From positions 1-17,361 of IMG/VR virus record IMGVR_UViG_2657245015_000002: DNA of 17,361 bases; one strand, 5' to 3'. The position numbers were made by a program, and so were the translations under genes. This document shows positions 1-8,450 of this stretch, one piece after another (positions within the stretch are counted from its first letter, which is position 1; the number at the start of each line of letters is the position of its first letter). The notes beneath the pieces were generated by a model, which was not told where the DNA came from, searched no databases, and saw only the letters and a list, made by a program, of their open reading frames with translations. The DNA comes from a virus. Its lineage: Duplodnaviria > Heunggongvirae > Uroviricota > Caudoviricetes.

Positions 1-50
1 AATAGTTTGTAAAATCTGAATAAACTGTTGCATATTGTCACACAGATGTA

Positions 51-500
51 CTAATTTTGAGCGAAATACTCTACTAATAATTTTTCTAAGTCAATGATTA
101 ATTGTTCATTAACTCCCAACAACTTTCTACATGGATACTTAATAGACATATTAATTCGTTGAATACGTTCTCGCAGGCCGTAGTGATGAACACGGGCAAT
201 ACGCTGCACCTTGCCAGCAAACTGCACGCTGGCAGAATCGGCGCTGGCGGCAGTTTTCAGGTATTTTGTGGTGCGCAGCTTTGCAAACATCTGGCGTTTG
301 ATGCGGCCTTTTTTACTGCGTGCTGTTGCCCGTCGCGGCTCATAACTGCTGCCATCTGGATTGCGCTGCATCCTGATATTCTGCTGCTGTGTCCGGCGCA
401 GTTCCTGCGCCAGCTGGCGCATCATGCGGCTTCTTGCGGCAGGCTCCAGATTCGCCAGCAAGGCACTCAGCCAGTCGTCCACCTTCTGCAATTCAGCCAC
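51..500 (-). CDS. S: Tail completion / virion morphogenesis protein (P2 gpS-like)
   Basis: 149-aa ORF beginning MAELQKVDDWLSALL..., recognised as the phage virion morphogenesis (S) family; sits immediately downstream of the R-like gene with a short start/stop overlap, as in P2. Confidence 0.8.
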   Translation of the reverse strand: MAELQKVDDWLSALLANLEPAARSRMMRQLAQELRRTQQQNIRMQRNPDGSSYEPRRATARSKKGRIKRQMFAKLRTTKYLKTAASADSASVQFAGKVQRIARVHHYGLRERIQRINMSIKYPCRKLLGVNEQLIIDLEKLLVEYFAQN

Positions 501-945
501 GTTTCACCGTCCACATTTCTTCAGGTTCATCGGGTTCCGCTATAGCTTCAACGCTCGACACACTGCCGTCAGTGTTGACCACCACACGCTCTGTCAGCTG
601 CAGGTTAAGGCTGATATCACAGACATCGTTGCGCAGAATATCCACCTCAAAGGTGAATAGCTTTTCCCGTAATGCCGGATTATTGATGGCATCAGGTTGG
701 TTATCACGCAGCCACAGCAAAACCGGGGCCATCAGCAGATTCTGGTCGCCGCTGAAATCCTCTATCACCACGTTCAGGGTGTAACGATACTCCCATGACA
801 TGGAGCTGGCCCCGGTGGCAACCAGCGAACCATTATCTACAAACAGATGCAGTTTGTCCGGGTTATTACGGACATAAGGCACTGCTTTATTGAGGGCGTG
901 GCGCAGGGATTGTGGTTTGTTCACTGTTTCGCTCCTGACACGCAA
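493..945 (-). CDS. R: Tail completion protein (P2 gpR-like)
   Basis: 150-aa ORF at the P2 R position (after the lysis cassette, before S); size and sequence character fit the phage tail completion R family. Confidence 0.75.
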   Translation of the reverse strand: MRVRSETVNKPQSLRHALNKAVPYVRNNPDKLHLFVDNGSLVATGASSMSWEYRYTLNVVIEDFSGDQNLLMAPVLLWLRDNQPDAINNPALREKLFTFEVDILRNDVCDISLNLQLTERVVVNTDGSVSSVEAIAEPDEPEEMWTVKRG

Positions 946-1177
946 TAATCATGTCCACTTTGTCTGCACAGACCGCCCAGGCGGCCTCCGTTTCATCCAG
1001 CAATGCGTTCAGATCACCGTTAGTGCGCGGCGCGGCCTGATCCAGCCGACACGGCGTCACTCGCGGACAACCACTGACGGTAAGCTGCACCTCCGGTGAA
1101 TACCGGACGTTTTCGCAGCCGGATAATGTCAGCAGGCAAAGGAGTATCAGCCCAGCGGCGTAAATCCTCGTTCTCAC
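887..1177 (-). CDS. lysC: Outer-membrane spanin lipoprotein (LysC / Rz1-like), embedded in a different frame across the lysB 3' end and R 5' end
   Basis: N-terminus MRTRIYAAGLILLCLLTLSGC is a signal peptide with a lipobox (LTLSGC); the ORF overlaps lysB (1020-1177) and R (887-945) out of frame, the classic embedded-spanin architecture. Confidence 0.7.
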   Translation of the reverse strand: MRTRIYAAGLILLCLLTLSGCENVRYSPEVQLTVSGCPRVTPCRLDQAAPRTNGDLNALLDETEAAWAVCADKVDMIIACQERNSEQTTIPAPRPQ

Positions 1178-1448
1178 GTTTCAGTTCCTCAATCCGGTGT
1201 TGTCGTTGTCTCAGCAGTGCGCTGGTTTGTTCAGCTTCGGCGTAGAGCCGCGCCTGCTCCCGGTTGTTGGTTTCAGCCAGAATGGACAGACCGATCAGCT
1301 GGCTGTTTTTCTTCGTCAGTTCCTGCGCTTTACTTTTCAGCGCCGCGCGCTGCGTTTCGATGGTGTGGCTGGCGCTGTTAAGCCGCCACGACTGCCAGCC
1401 CAGCGCAACGAGTGCCAGCGCCACCACTACTGCCAGCGCACGCGTCAT
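1020..1448 (-). CDS. lysB: Inner-membrane spanin (LysB / Rz-like)
   Basis: N-terminal hydrophobic segment (ALAVVVALALVALGW) followed by a charged, coiled-coil-like region (ELTKKNSQ...EELKRENEDLRR); lies directly downstream of the endolysin with lysC embedded. Confidence 0.75.
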   Translation of the reverse strand: MTRALAVVVALALVALGWQSWRLNSASHTIETQRAALKSKAQELTKKNSQLIGLSILAETNNREQARLYAEAEQTSALLRQRQHRIEELKRENEDLRRWADTPLPADIIRLRKRPVFTGGAAYRQWLSASDAVSAGSGRAAH

Positions 1449-1960
1449 AGTCCAGCTCCTTTAAGGCACCAGGCCATCTCCCGCGCACGGCGGTTATCCA
1501 GCCCCTGATTAAAAACACCTTTCACATAAACCCAGCGCGGCAACTGTCGGCACGCATCCGCCCAGCGCCGCTGATTGAGCAATTTCACCAGCGTGGAACT
1601 GCAGGCATTGCCCGTACCCACGTTGAAGGCAAACGACACCGCAGCGTCATACACCTTCTGCGGCGGCTGTTGCTTCACACACCTTTCCAGCGCCCGCTCC
1701 ACACGCAGCACGTTGGAGATCAGCCCTTCTGCTGCCTGTCGCTCCGTAATGGTTTTGCCGGGAATGACGCCCGACGTATTACCAATGCCGTCGGTCCAGA
1801 CACCCGCGCTGCACTGATACGGCTGCAGACGACAACCTTCGTAATCGGCAATCAGTTTCAGCCCTTCCACGGAGGTGTGAAGCTGCTGAAAACCCGGCAG
1901 CGTGGCAGCAATAGCCAGCACGGCCCCGACAAGGCAGCGTTTAACGATTGATGGATTCAT
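1445..1960 (-). CDS. K: Endolysin (lysozyme family) with SAR-like N-terminal hydrophobic segment
   Basis: 171 aa; the hydrophobic stretch CLVGAVLAIAATLPGF after a short basic N-terminus, followed by a lysozyme-like core (EGxxLxxYxCxAGVWTxGxG), resembles SAR endolysins such as phage 21 R and P1 Lyz; sits between holin and spanins. Confidence 0.85.
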   Translation of the reverse strand: MNPSIVKRCLVGAVLAIAATLPGFQQLHTSVEGLKLIADYEGCRLQPYQCSAGVWTDGIGNTSGVIPGKTITERQAAEGLISNVLRVERALERCVKQQPPQKVYDAAVSFAFNVGTGNACSSTLVKLLNQRRWADACRQLPRWVYVKGVFNQGLDNRRAREMAWCLKGAGL

Positions 1961-2156
1961 AGTCCTCCCGCGAGATCTGCCCGTCGCGCAGAAGCTGGTA
2001 GGCTTTGTGTTTGTAGTACCAGTTGATAGCCAGCATCAGCACACCAATCATCAGGCCGCCCAGCGTTGAGGCATCCTTGATGGACAAATCGCCCAGCCAG
2101 GCCAGCACGACGGCGATGCAATACGTGATAAAGGCGCTGATTCGCTCAAGCGTCAT
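1941..2156 (-). CDS. Y: Holin (small, two predicted TM helices)
   Basis: 71 aa with two hydrophobic helices (ISAFITYCIAVVLAWLG; TLGGLMIGVLMLAINWYY) and a charged C-terminus; immediately upstream of the endolysin and overlapping its start. Confidence 0.7.
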   Translation of the reverse strand: MTLERISAFITYCIAVVLAWLGDLSIKDASTLGGLMIGVLMLAINWYYKHKAYQLLRDGQISREDYESINR

Positions 2157-2159
2157 AAT

Positions 2160-2363
2160 TCAGTCCCATAGCTGGACGGTCTGCACGGTGGTGGTGGTCG
2201 GAATGTCCGGCAGCTCCACCTGCAGCCCGTGAGGTAAAAAGGGGCCGTATTCGGCAAGCCCCGGATTTGCCTTCAGTACCTGCTCCGTGACACCCTGCGT
2301 GCGCCCGTAATGACGCCAGCAAAGCGCGTCCACCGTGTCATACTGATGCGCACGCACTTTCAT
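2160..2363 (-). CDS. X: Tail protein X (LysM-like, P2 gpX-like)
   Basis: 67 aa; the motif ...DTVDALCWRHYGRTQGVTEQVLKANPGLAEYGPFLPHGLQVELPD matches the conserved P2 X-family pattern; positioned between L and the holin. Confidence 0.8.
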   Translation of the reverse strand: MKVRAHQYDTVDALCWRHYGRTQGVTEQVLKANPGLAEYGPFLPHGLQVELPDIPTTTTVQTVQLWD

Positions 2364-2827
2364 CAGATAAGCTCCACTGTGCAGTGCGGCGCATCGTGCA
2401 CCCGGCTGATGGCCCAGCGGGCGTCACGCCACAAATCACCGCTTGCTTCCGCCAGTTCCTCGCCCCGCTTCACACCGGACGCCGTGGCGTCATAGTCCTG
2501 GTAACGTTCGTTGAGCATGGCGCGTGCCCAGCAGTAAACCGCGTTGAAATAATGCTGAATGCGCTCACTTTTGCCGTCCAGCTGTTCCGCCGGAACCTCA
2601 GCCAGCGACGCATACCCCAGCATCTGCTGACGTCTGCGAAACTCATACAGCTCTGCGTTGACCTCCGAAATTGCCGACAGCGCAACCTGCTTTAAACGCG
2701 GCTGCGTCACCGTGCCGTCAGTGCGCATGACACTGCGAAACTCCGACAAGTCCACATCAGGCCAGAACGGCGTATTCCTGATGATTTCCGCCTGTTCCGG
2801 TGCCTGTTCTGGCGCAACAAACTTCAT
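2363..2827 (-). CDS. L: Head completion/stabilisation protein (P2 gpL-like)
   Basis: The ORF is open back to 2890, but the start was set at the internal Met (MKFVAPEQ...) at 2827 because it is preceded by an AGGAGA Shine-Dalgarno; follows M in P2 order. Confidence 0.8.
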   Translation of the reverse strand: MKFVAPEQAPEQAEIIRNTPFWPDVDLSEFRSVMRTDGTVTQPRLKQVALSAISEVNAELYEFRRRQQMLGYASLAEVPAEQLDGKSERIQHYFNAVYCWARAMLNERYQDYDATASGVKRGEELAEASGDLWRDARWAISRVHDAPHCTVELI

Positions 2828-2922
2828 GCTGCTTTCTCCTGAAATAGAGGGCGGTGGACGGGGTTTTGATGTGGCAGTGCCTTTCGCCACCCCGTGCCGC
2901 CCGTGCGCGGGGGCACGTTCTG

Positions 2923-3573
2923 TCAGCGGCTGTCATTGCGCAGTCTGCGCTCCAGCTGCTGTTTGTCTTTTTTCACGCCACAGCGGGGATCGAGCTGTAA
3001 CGCATGGTTGAGATGATTAAGGGCGGAAGCCGGATTGCTTTCACTCAGGACAGCGCCAATCGCTTTATGCAGACGCGCCCGTGACTGGTCCGGCATATCC
3101 AGACCGTCTGTCAGCTCCAGCGTCTGCAACAACAGATCGGCATCAAAGCCGGTGGCGGCAAGTATTGCGCTCTGCGCGGCGTCTGCCATTTCCTCTGCCA
3201 GCACGGTCTGCACGTTGCGGTTACCCAGCGGCATCACCCAGCCATGACGCAGGGCATGACGCCCGATCTCCAGCGCCCCGGCATAATCTCCGGCATCAAT
3301 GCGCCACAGCATCACGTACATCAGCACGTCATCCTGTTGAGCGCCTCCGGCAGCCAGGACGCCCTCCGCCCAGGCGGCATATTTCGGCAGCAGCTCCACC
3401 TTGATTTCCGCTTTTTTCACCGTGGACTGAACGCCCTTGAGACGGCGGCGGTCTTCTGCCAGTTGCAGCAGCATCAGGTCATAGCCCGACGCGTGGCGAA
3501 CACTGCCACCCTCACGGGCGGCCTGTTCAGCCTGAACGCGCAGGCGATGCTGCCGTGCGGGACTCAGGCTCAT
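2923..3573 (-). CDS. M: Terminase small (endonuclease) subunit (P2 gpM-like)
   Basis: 216-aa ORF between capsid N and head completion L, in P2 gene order; basic, Arg-rich termini. Confidence 0.75.
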   Translation of the reverse strand: MSLSPARQHRLRVQAEQAAREGGSVRHASGYDLMLLQLAEDRRRLKGVQSTVKKAEIKVELLPKYAAWAEGVLAAGGAQQDDVLMYVMLWRIDAGDYAGALEIGRHALRHGWVMPLGNRNVQTVLAEEMADAAQSAILAATGFDADLLLQTLELTDGLDMPDQSRARLHKAIGAVLSESNPASALNHLNHALQLDPRCGVKKDKQQLERRLRNDSR

Positions 3574-3576
3574 GGA

Positions 3577-4635
3577 TTACGCTCCGGTTTCTGCTGCGGC
3601 GGCGCTGAAGTCGCCAATCTGGATGTTTTCCACCAGTGCGGCGCAGCGGTAGTCCTCAACCACATAGGCTTCGTTAACGGATTCAAAGTTTTCAATCCGG
3701 TCACGTTTCGGGTTGTCGATAACTGAACGGCGGCGGGTGTCTTCCTGCCAGTAGATGGACAGGTTATCCAGACGGGTGATCAGCAGCGCATTCGGCGGGA
3801 AGAATGGCGCACGCACGGCCTGCAGGCCACCCATGCGTTTCTGGCTGATGATCATATCGGCAGCCAGTTTTTCACTGTTTTCCTGCTCTTTGTTGACCAG
3901 CGGGAAATACTTGTCAGACAGCAGTTCACGACCACAAATCACCACCAGATCGTCATCGTCCTGGTAGACCACGTCGATAAGCTCATTAACGGCATCCATC
4001 ACCACGGCGTCCAGGTTGGCATATTCGCCACCTTTCCCGACTTTCACCGCCCCCGGAGTGGTTTCACCGCCCGTGGTGGTGCTGCCCATGACGTGATCCG
4101 GTGCATCCTCACGGATTTTCTGCAGCCAGCCTTTGTTCACATCCTGCAGCAGCGGGTTTTCGCTACGGTTGGAGGTTTTCGCACGCTTCACGCCGTTAAA
4201 GCCGATCATGATGCGGTCCAGTGCCTGACGTTTCACGATGGCGTCACGGATGCGCACCTGGAAATCCTGAAACTTCGCCCACAGATCCAGCTTCGCGTAG
4301 GTCAGCACCGTGTCAAAGTTGGTCTGCTCGCATTTATATTCCACATCGACCATCAGCGTCGGATCGACAGGCTCACGCTCTTTCGCGGTGGTATCAGTGG
4401 TTCCGGCAATGGTGCTGCCAACACCCAATCCAAGCAGCTGACCGGACTGCTCAGTCACTGGCGTGACGTTAATCAGCGTCAGGAATGCGGCGGACTGCTG
4501 GATCTGGTCTTCCAGCGTCTGCTGCACGGACGGCTCTACGGTGAACTTGCTGGACAGTTCTTCAACTGCCACACCGTTCAGACGCGCCAGCTGCTGCAGG
4601 TAAGCGTTAAAAGCAAAGCGGGTATTCTTCTTCAT
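3577..4635 (-). CDS. N: Major capsid protein (P2 gpN-like)
   Basis: 352 aa, MKKNTRFAFNAYLQQLARLNGV...; size, position after the scaffold gene and sequence character match the P2 N family. Confidence 0.9.
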   Translation of the reverse strand: MKKNTRFAFNAYLQQLARLNGVAVEELSSKFTVEPSVQQTLEDQIQQSAAFLTLINVTPVTEQSGQLLGLGVGSTIAGTTDTTAKEREPVDPTLMVDVEYKCEQTNFDTVLTYAKLDLWAKFQDFQVRIRDAIVKRQALDRIMIGFNGVKRAKTSNRSENPLLQDVNKGWLQKIREDAPDHVMGSTTTGGETTPGAVKVGKGGEYANLDAVVMDAVNELIDVVYQDDDDLVVICGRELLSDKYFPLVNKEQENSEKLAADMIISQKRMGGLQAVRAPFFPPNALLITRLDNLSIYWQEDTRRRSVIDNPKRDRIENFESVNEAYVVEDYRCAALVENIQIGDFSAAAAETGA

Positions 4636-4651
4636 CAGGTTTTGTGCTCCA

Positions 4652-5485
4652 TCAGCAATTGGTCAGAGTGTCAGCGGGGGCGTTACCGCCTGTTGCACGC
4701 TGGCGGTAGTCCTGGCGGCTGTCTTCATGGCTCAGCTTGTCCACCAGTTCGTTAAAGGCGGTCTGCTGTGCCTGCAGGGCTGTCTCAAGCTCAGACAGGC
4801 GTTCTTCCTGTTCAGACAGGGATTTTTCGGTGCGCGCACTCAGGTTTTGCTGCTCAGTGGCGACCAGCTCCACGGCCTTATGCACATCAGAGAACCGGGC
4901 ATCGTCTGACTGCTCTTTTTTGGTGAACAGCGCCGTGACGCGGGAAAACAGGGACGGTTTGTCATCCTGGATTTCTTCCAGTTCGATCACCGTTTCCTCT
5001 GCAGCGGTAAAGAGATTGGCAGGATTCTGCTTGCGGTTTGCCAGCGGGTTATGGGCTGCACTGGCGCTGAATGTCAGCATTTCAGTGCCCAGACTGGCAG
5101 GGTCATCTGTAGCAGCCAGGCCGACCAGGTAGGCTTTGCCCGTATCTGCAAACTTCGGGCTGACTTCCATAGAGGTGAATAATTTCTGGCCTTTTTTCAC
5201 CAGTTCCACCAGGGACTCCGTTGGCTCAACGTCGGCATACAGTGCCATCTTGCCCGCCAGCGGGCCTTCCGTGATTTCTTCAGCAAACAGCGCCGTCACC
5301 TTGCCGTAGCGGTTAAAGGTGCTGTCCGGCAGATAAGACTTGATGTGCTCAAGGTTAATCAGCGCGGTGTACACCGCCGGGTTGTAGCTGGCTGCCATCT
5401 GTTCCAGCCATTCACGCTGGATTTCGCGTCCGTCGGTGGTGGCACCTTCCACCCCGATGCGAAAACGCTTTGCTTTCACTGTCAT
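4652..5485 (-). CDS. O: Capsid scaffolding protein (P2 gpO-like)
   Basis: 277 aa; recognisable P2 O-family motifs (FRIGVEG.T.DGR, INLEH, YLVGLA.TDDPASLGTE, ...ATGG...TNC C-terminus); first gene of the leftward late operon, divergent from P. Confidence 0.85.
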   Translation of the reverse strand: MTVKAKRFRIGVEGATTDGREIQREWLEQMAASYNPAVYTALINLEHIKSYLPDSTFNRYGKVTALFAEEITEGPLAGKMALYADVEPTESLVELVKKGQKLFTSMEVSPKFADTGKAYLVGLAATDDPASLGTEMLTFSASAAHNPLANRKQNPANLFTAAEETVIELEEIQDDKPSLFSRVTALFTKKEQSDDARFSDVHKAVELVATEQQNLSARTEKSLSEQEERLSELETALQAQQTAFNELVDKLSHEDSRQDYRQRATGGNAPADTLTNC

Positions 5486-5563
5486 GAGCCGTGCTCCGTT
5501 AGAAAAAACTTACTGGAGCCTTATGGTTGCGGTGATGGGGGCAGTGAAACAATGCGCGGTATT

Positions 5564-5581
5564 TGTACCGACTACCACACA
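5564..5581. promoter_or_regulatory. TGT-N12-ACA dyad in the O/P divergent intergenic region; candidate late-activator (Ogr/Delta-type) binding site
   Basis: Exact TGTaccgactaccacACA read in the 142-bp gap between the divergent O and P genes; P2/186 late promoters carry a TGT-N12-ACA activator dyad upstream of the -35. Confidence 0.45.
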
Positions 5582-5627
5582 AACCGCAGGCGGGGAAAGC
5601 CTTCATTCAAGGCTGTAGGTTTGTGCC

Positions 5628-7394
5628 ATGAACACCACACTGACACCCGCAGATCTCGATCCCCGTCGGCAGGCCATGCTGCTGTACTTTCAGGGATACC
5701 GTGTAGCCCGCATTGCTGAAATGCTGGGCGAGAAAGTTGCAACCGTTCACAGCTGGAAGAAACGCGACAAGTGGGGTGACTATGGGCCGCTGGATCAGAT
5801 GCAGCTCACCACCGCCGCACGCTACTGCCAGCTCATTATGAAGGAGCACAAAGAAGGGAAAGATTTCAAAGAGATTGACCTGCTGGCGCGCCAGTCGGAA
5901 CGCCACGCGCGGATCGGCAAGTTTAACAATGGCGGCAACGAAGCCGACTTAAACCCTAACGTCGCCAACCGCAACAAAGGCCCGCGCCGTCAGCCGGAAA
6001 AGAATGTTTTCACCGATGAGCAGATTGAGAAGCTGGAAGAAATCTTCCATTCCTCCATGTTCAACTACCAGCGCCACTGGTGGGAAGCCGGAAAAACCAA
6101 CCGCATCCGCAACCTGCTGAAGTCACGCCAGATCGGCGCGACCTTTTACTTTGCCCGTGAAGCCCTGATTGACGCTCTGCTTACCGGACGTAACCAGATT
6201 TTCCTTTCCGCCAGCAAGGCACAGGCCCACGTCTTTAAGCAGTACATCATCGACTTCGCCAAAGAAGTGGAAGTGGAGCTGAAAGGCGATCCGATGGTGC
6301 TTCCCAACGGGGCCACACTGTATTTCCTCGGCACCAATGCCCGCACGGCCCAGAGTTACCACGGCAACCTGTATCTGGATGAATATTTCTGGATACCGAA
6401 ATTCCAGGAGCTGCGCAAAGTGGCTTCCGGTATGGCTATTCACAAAAAATGGCGACAAACCTATTTTTCCACGCCATCCAGCCTGACACACAGTGCTTAT
6501 CCGTTCTGGTCCGGTGCGCTATTCAACCGTGGGCGCAATAAAGCCGACAAGGTGGACATCGACCTGTCCCACAGCAATCTGGCTCCAGGCCTGCTGTGTG
6601 CAGACGGGCAATACCGCCAGATAGTCACCGTGGAAGATGCGGTGCGCGGCGGCTGTAACCTGTTCGACCTTGACCAGTTGCGCATGGAATACAGCCCGGA
6701 CGAATACCAGAACCTGCTGATGTGTGAATTCGTGGACGATCTCGCGTCCGTGTTCCCGCTCAGCGAGCTGCAGGCGTGCATGGTGGACAGCTGGGAAGTC
6801 TGGACCGACTTTCATGCACTGGCCCTGCGCCCGTTTGGCTGGCGCGAAGTGTGGATCGGTTATGACCCGGCAAAAGGTACGCAAAACGGCGACAGCGCCG
6901 GGTGCGTGGTGGTGGCACCGCCAGCCGTGCCGGGCGGTAAGTTCCGCATTCTTGAGCGTCACCAGTGGCGCGGGATGGACTTCCGCGCCCAGGCTGACGC
7001 CATCAAAAAACTGACCGAACAGTACAACGTGACATACATCGGCATCGACTCAACTGGCGTCGGCCACGGGGTTTACGAGAACGTGAAAGCGTTTTTTCCA
7101 GCCGTCCGGGAGTTTGTCTACAACCCCAACGTTAAAAACGCCCTGGTACTCAAGGCCTACGACATTATCAGCCACCGCCGTCTGGAGTTTGACGCCGGGC
7201 ACACCGACATTGCGCAGTCATTCATGGCAATCCGTCGCGCCACCACCGCCAGCGGCAACCGCCCGACCTATGAAGCCAGCCGCAGCGAAGAAGCCAGCCA
7301 CGCCGATCTGGCCTGGGCAACGATGCACGCATTGTTTAACGAACCGCTGCAGGGCGAATCCGCCAATACCAGCAATATTGTGGAGATTTTTTGA
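5628..7394 (+). CDS. P: Terminase large (ATPase) subunit (P2 gpP-like)
   Basis: 588-aa ORF divergent from O, with its stop overlapping the Q start (ATGA-type coupling); size and organisation typical of the P2 P family. Confidence 0.9.
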   Translation: MNTTLTPADLDPRRQAMLLYFQGYRVARIAEMLGEKVATVHSWKKRDKWGDYGPLDQMQLTTAARYCQLIMKEHKEGKDFKEIDLLARQSERHARIGKFNNGGNEADLNPNVANRNKGPRRQPEKNVFTDEQIEKLEEIFHSSMFNYQRHWWEAGKTNRIRNLLKSRQIGATFYFAREALIDALLTGRNQIFLSASKAQAHVFKQYIIDFAKEVEVELKGDPMVLPNGATLYFLGTNARTAQSYHGNLYLDEYFWIPKFQELRKVASGMAIHKKWRQTYFSTPSSLTHSAYPFWSGALFNRGRNKADKVDIDLSHSNLAPGLLCADGQYRQIVTVEDAVRGGCNLFDLDQLRMEYSPDEYQNLLMCEFVDDLASVFPLSELQACMVDSWEVWTDFHALALRPFGWREVWIGYDPAKGTQNGDSAGCVVVAPPAVPGGKFRILERHQWRGMDFRAQADAIKKLTEQYNVTYIGIDSTGVGHGVYENVKAFFPAVREFVYNPNVKNALVLKAYDIISHRRLEFDAGHTDIAQSFMAIRRATTASGNRPTYEASRSEEASHADLAWATMHALFNEPLQGESANTSNIVEIF

Positions 7395-8425
7395 TGGGAA
7401 AGAGTAAGAAGAACCGCGCTGCGTCACAGAACCAGACCCAGCATAAAAGCCAGACTTCAGCCGAAGCATTCAGCTTTGGCGATCCCATTCCTGTACTGGA
7501 CCGCCGCGAACTGCTGGACTATGTGGAATGCGTACAGACAGATCGTTGGTATGAGCCGCCAGTGAGTTTCGACGGGCTGGCGCGCACCTTTCGCGCCGCC
7601 GTGCATCACAGCTCACCGATTGCAGTAAAGTGCAACATTCTGACCAGCACCTACATCCCTCACCCGCTGCTCAGCCAGCAGGCTTTTTCACGTTTTGTGC
7701 AGGACTATCTGGTATTTGGTAACGCCTACCTGGAGAAACGCACGAACCGCTTCGGTGAAGTTATCGCCCTTGAACCGGCCCTGGCAAAATACACCCGACG
7801 CGGGTTAGACCTGGATACCTACTGGTTTGTGCAATACGGCATGACCACGCAGCCGTATCAGTTCACGAAAGGCAGTATCTTTCATCTGATGGAACCGGAC
7901 ATCAACCAGGAGATCTACGGCCTGCCCGGTTATCTTTCTGCCATTCCATCCGCCCTGCTCAACGAGTCCGCCACGCTGTTCCGTCGAAAGTATTACATTA
8001 ACGGCAGTCATGCTGGCTTCATCATGTACATGACCGATGCCGCGCAGAACCAGGAGGATGTGAACAACCTCCGCAACGCGATGAAAAGCGCCAAAGGTCC
8101 AGGCAATTTCCGCAACCTGTTTATGTACTCCCCCAATGGCAAAAAGGATGGTATTCAGATCATCCCACTGTCAGAGGTAGCGGCAAAAGATGAGTTTCTG
8201 AACATCAAAAACGTGAGCCGGGATGACATGATGGCTGCCCACCGCGTGCCGCCTCAGATGATGGGGATTATGCCTAGCAATGTTGGGGGTTTTGGTGATG
8301 TGGAAAAAGCAAGCAAAGTGTTTGTTAGAAATGAATTAATCCCATTGCAAAGAAGGATTCAAGAACTTAACGAATGGCTTAACATAGAAGTTATTATCTT
8401 TTCTCCATATAATTTATCCAATTAA
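7391..8425 (+). CDS. Q: Portal protein (P2 gpQ-like); the last ~45 codons are visibly AT-richer than the rest of the gene
   Basis: 344 aa, coupled to P; P2 portal family by size and position. The composition shifts to AT-rich from about 8290 onward (...NELIPLQRRIQELNEWLNIEVIIFSPYNLSN). Confidence 0.9.
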   Translation: MMGKSKKNRAASQNQTQHKSQTSAEAFSFGDPIPVLDRRELLDYVECVQTDRWYEPPVSFDGLARTFRAAVHHSSPIAVKCNILTSTYIPHPLLSQQAFSRFVQDYLVFGNAYLEKRTNRFGEVIALEPALAKYTRRGLDLDTYWFVQYGMTTQPYQFTKGSIFHLMEPDINQEIYGLPGYLSAIPSALLNESATLFRRKYYINGSHAGFIMYMTDAAQNQEDVNNLRNAMKSAKGPGNFRNLFMYSPNGKKDGIQIIPLSEVAAKDEFLNIKNVSRDDMMAAHRVPPQMMGIMPSNVGGFGDVEKASKVFVRNELIPLQRRIQELNEWLNIEVIIFSPYNLSN

Positions 8426-8432
8426 ATTTAAT

Positions 8433-8449
8433 GGGTAGTAAAACTACCC
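8433..8449. terminator. Short hairpin between the convergent Q and DprA-like genes (possible bidirectional terminator)
   Basis: GGGTAGT-aaa-ACTACCC perfect 7-bp stem with 3-nt loop in the 25-bp gap between the two convergent stop codons; flanks are A/T-rich but there is no clean U-tract. Confidence 0.35.
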
Positions 8450-8450
8450 A

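Noticed and set aside
102-784. Plus-strand ORFs (147, 99, 131 aa) overlapping S and R
   Set aside because: Antisense shadow ORFs inside well-supported minus-strand tail genes; low-complexity Ser/Arg/Ala-rich translations typical of GC-rich antisense frames; no RBS context.
2827-2890. N-terminal extensions of gpL (to 2890), and likewise of CII (to 16515), Apl (to 16832), DinI-like (to 11366), Dam (to 14974) and DprA-like (to 9428)
   Set aside because: In each case an internal Met with a good Shine-Dalgarno at the proper spacing begins the conserved part of the protein; the upstream in-frame extensions overlap neighbouring genes and lack RBS.
2828-2922. GC-rich imperfect inverted repeats in the M-L intergenic region (possible REP-like element or terminator)
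   Set aside because: Only short imperfect stems with no U-tract; lies within a single late operon where termination is not expected; insufficient evidence.
4093-5132. Plus-strand ORFs of 220, 81, 60 and 131 aa inside the capsid N and scaffold O genes
   Set aside because: Antisense to two confidently identified structural genes; Arg/Ser/Cys-rich composition; no independent support.
6123-7469. Several minus- and plus-strand ORFs (66-147 aa) within terminase P and at the P/Q boundary
   Set aside because: All lie inside the large-terminase coding region in alternative frames; typical spurious ORFs in a 1.7-kb GC-rich gene.
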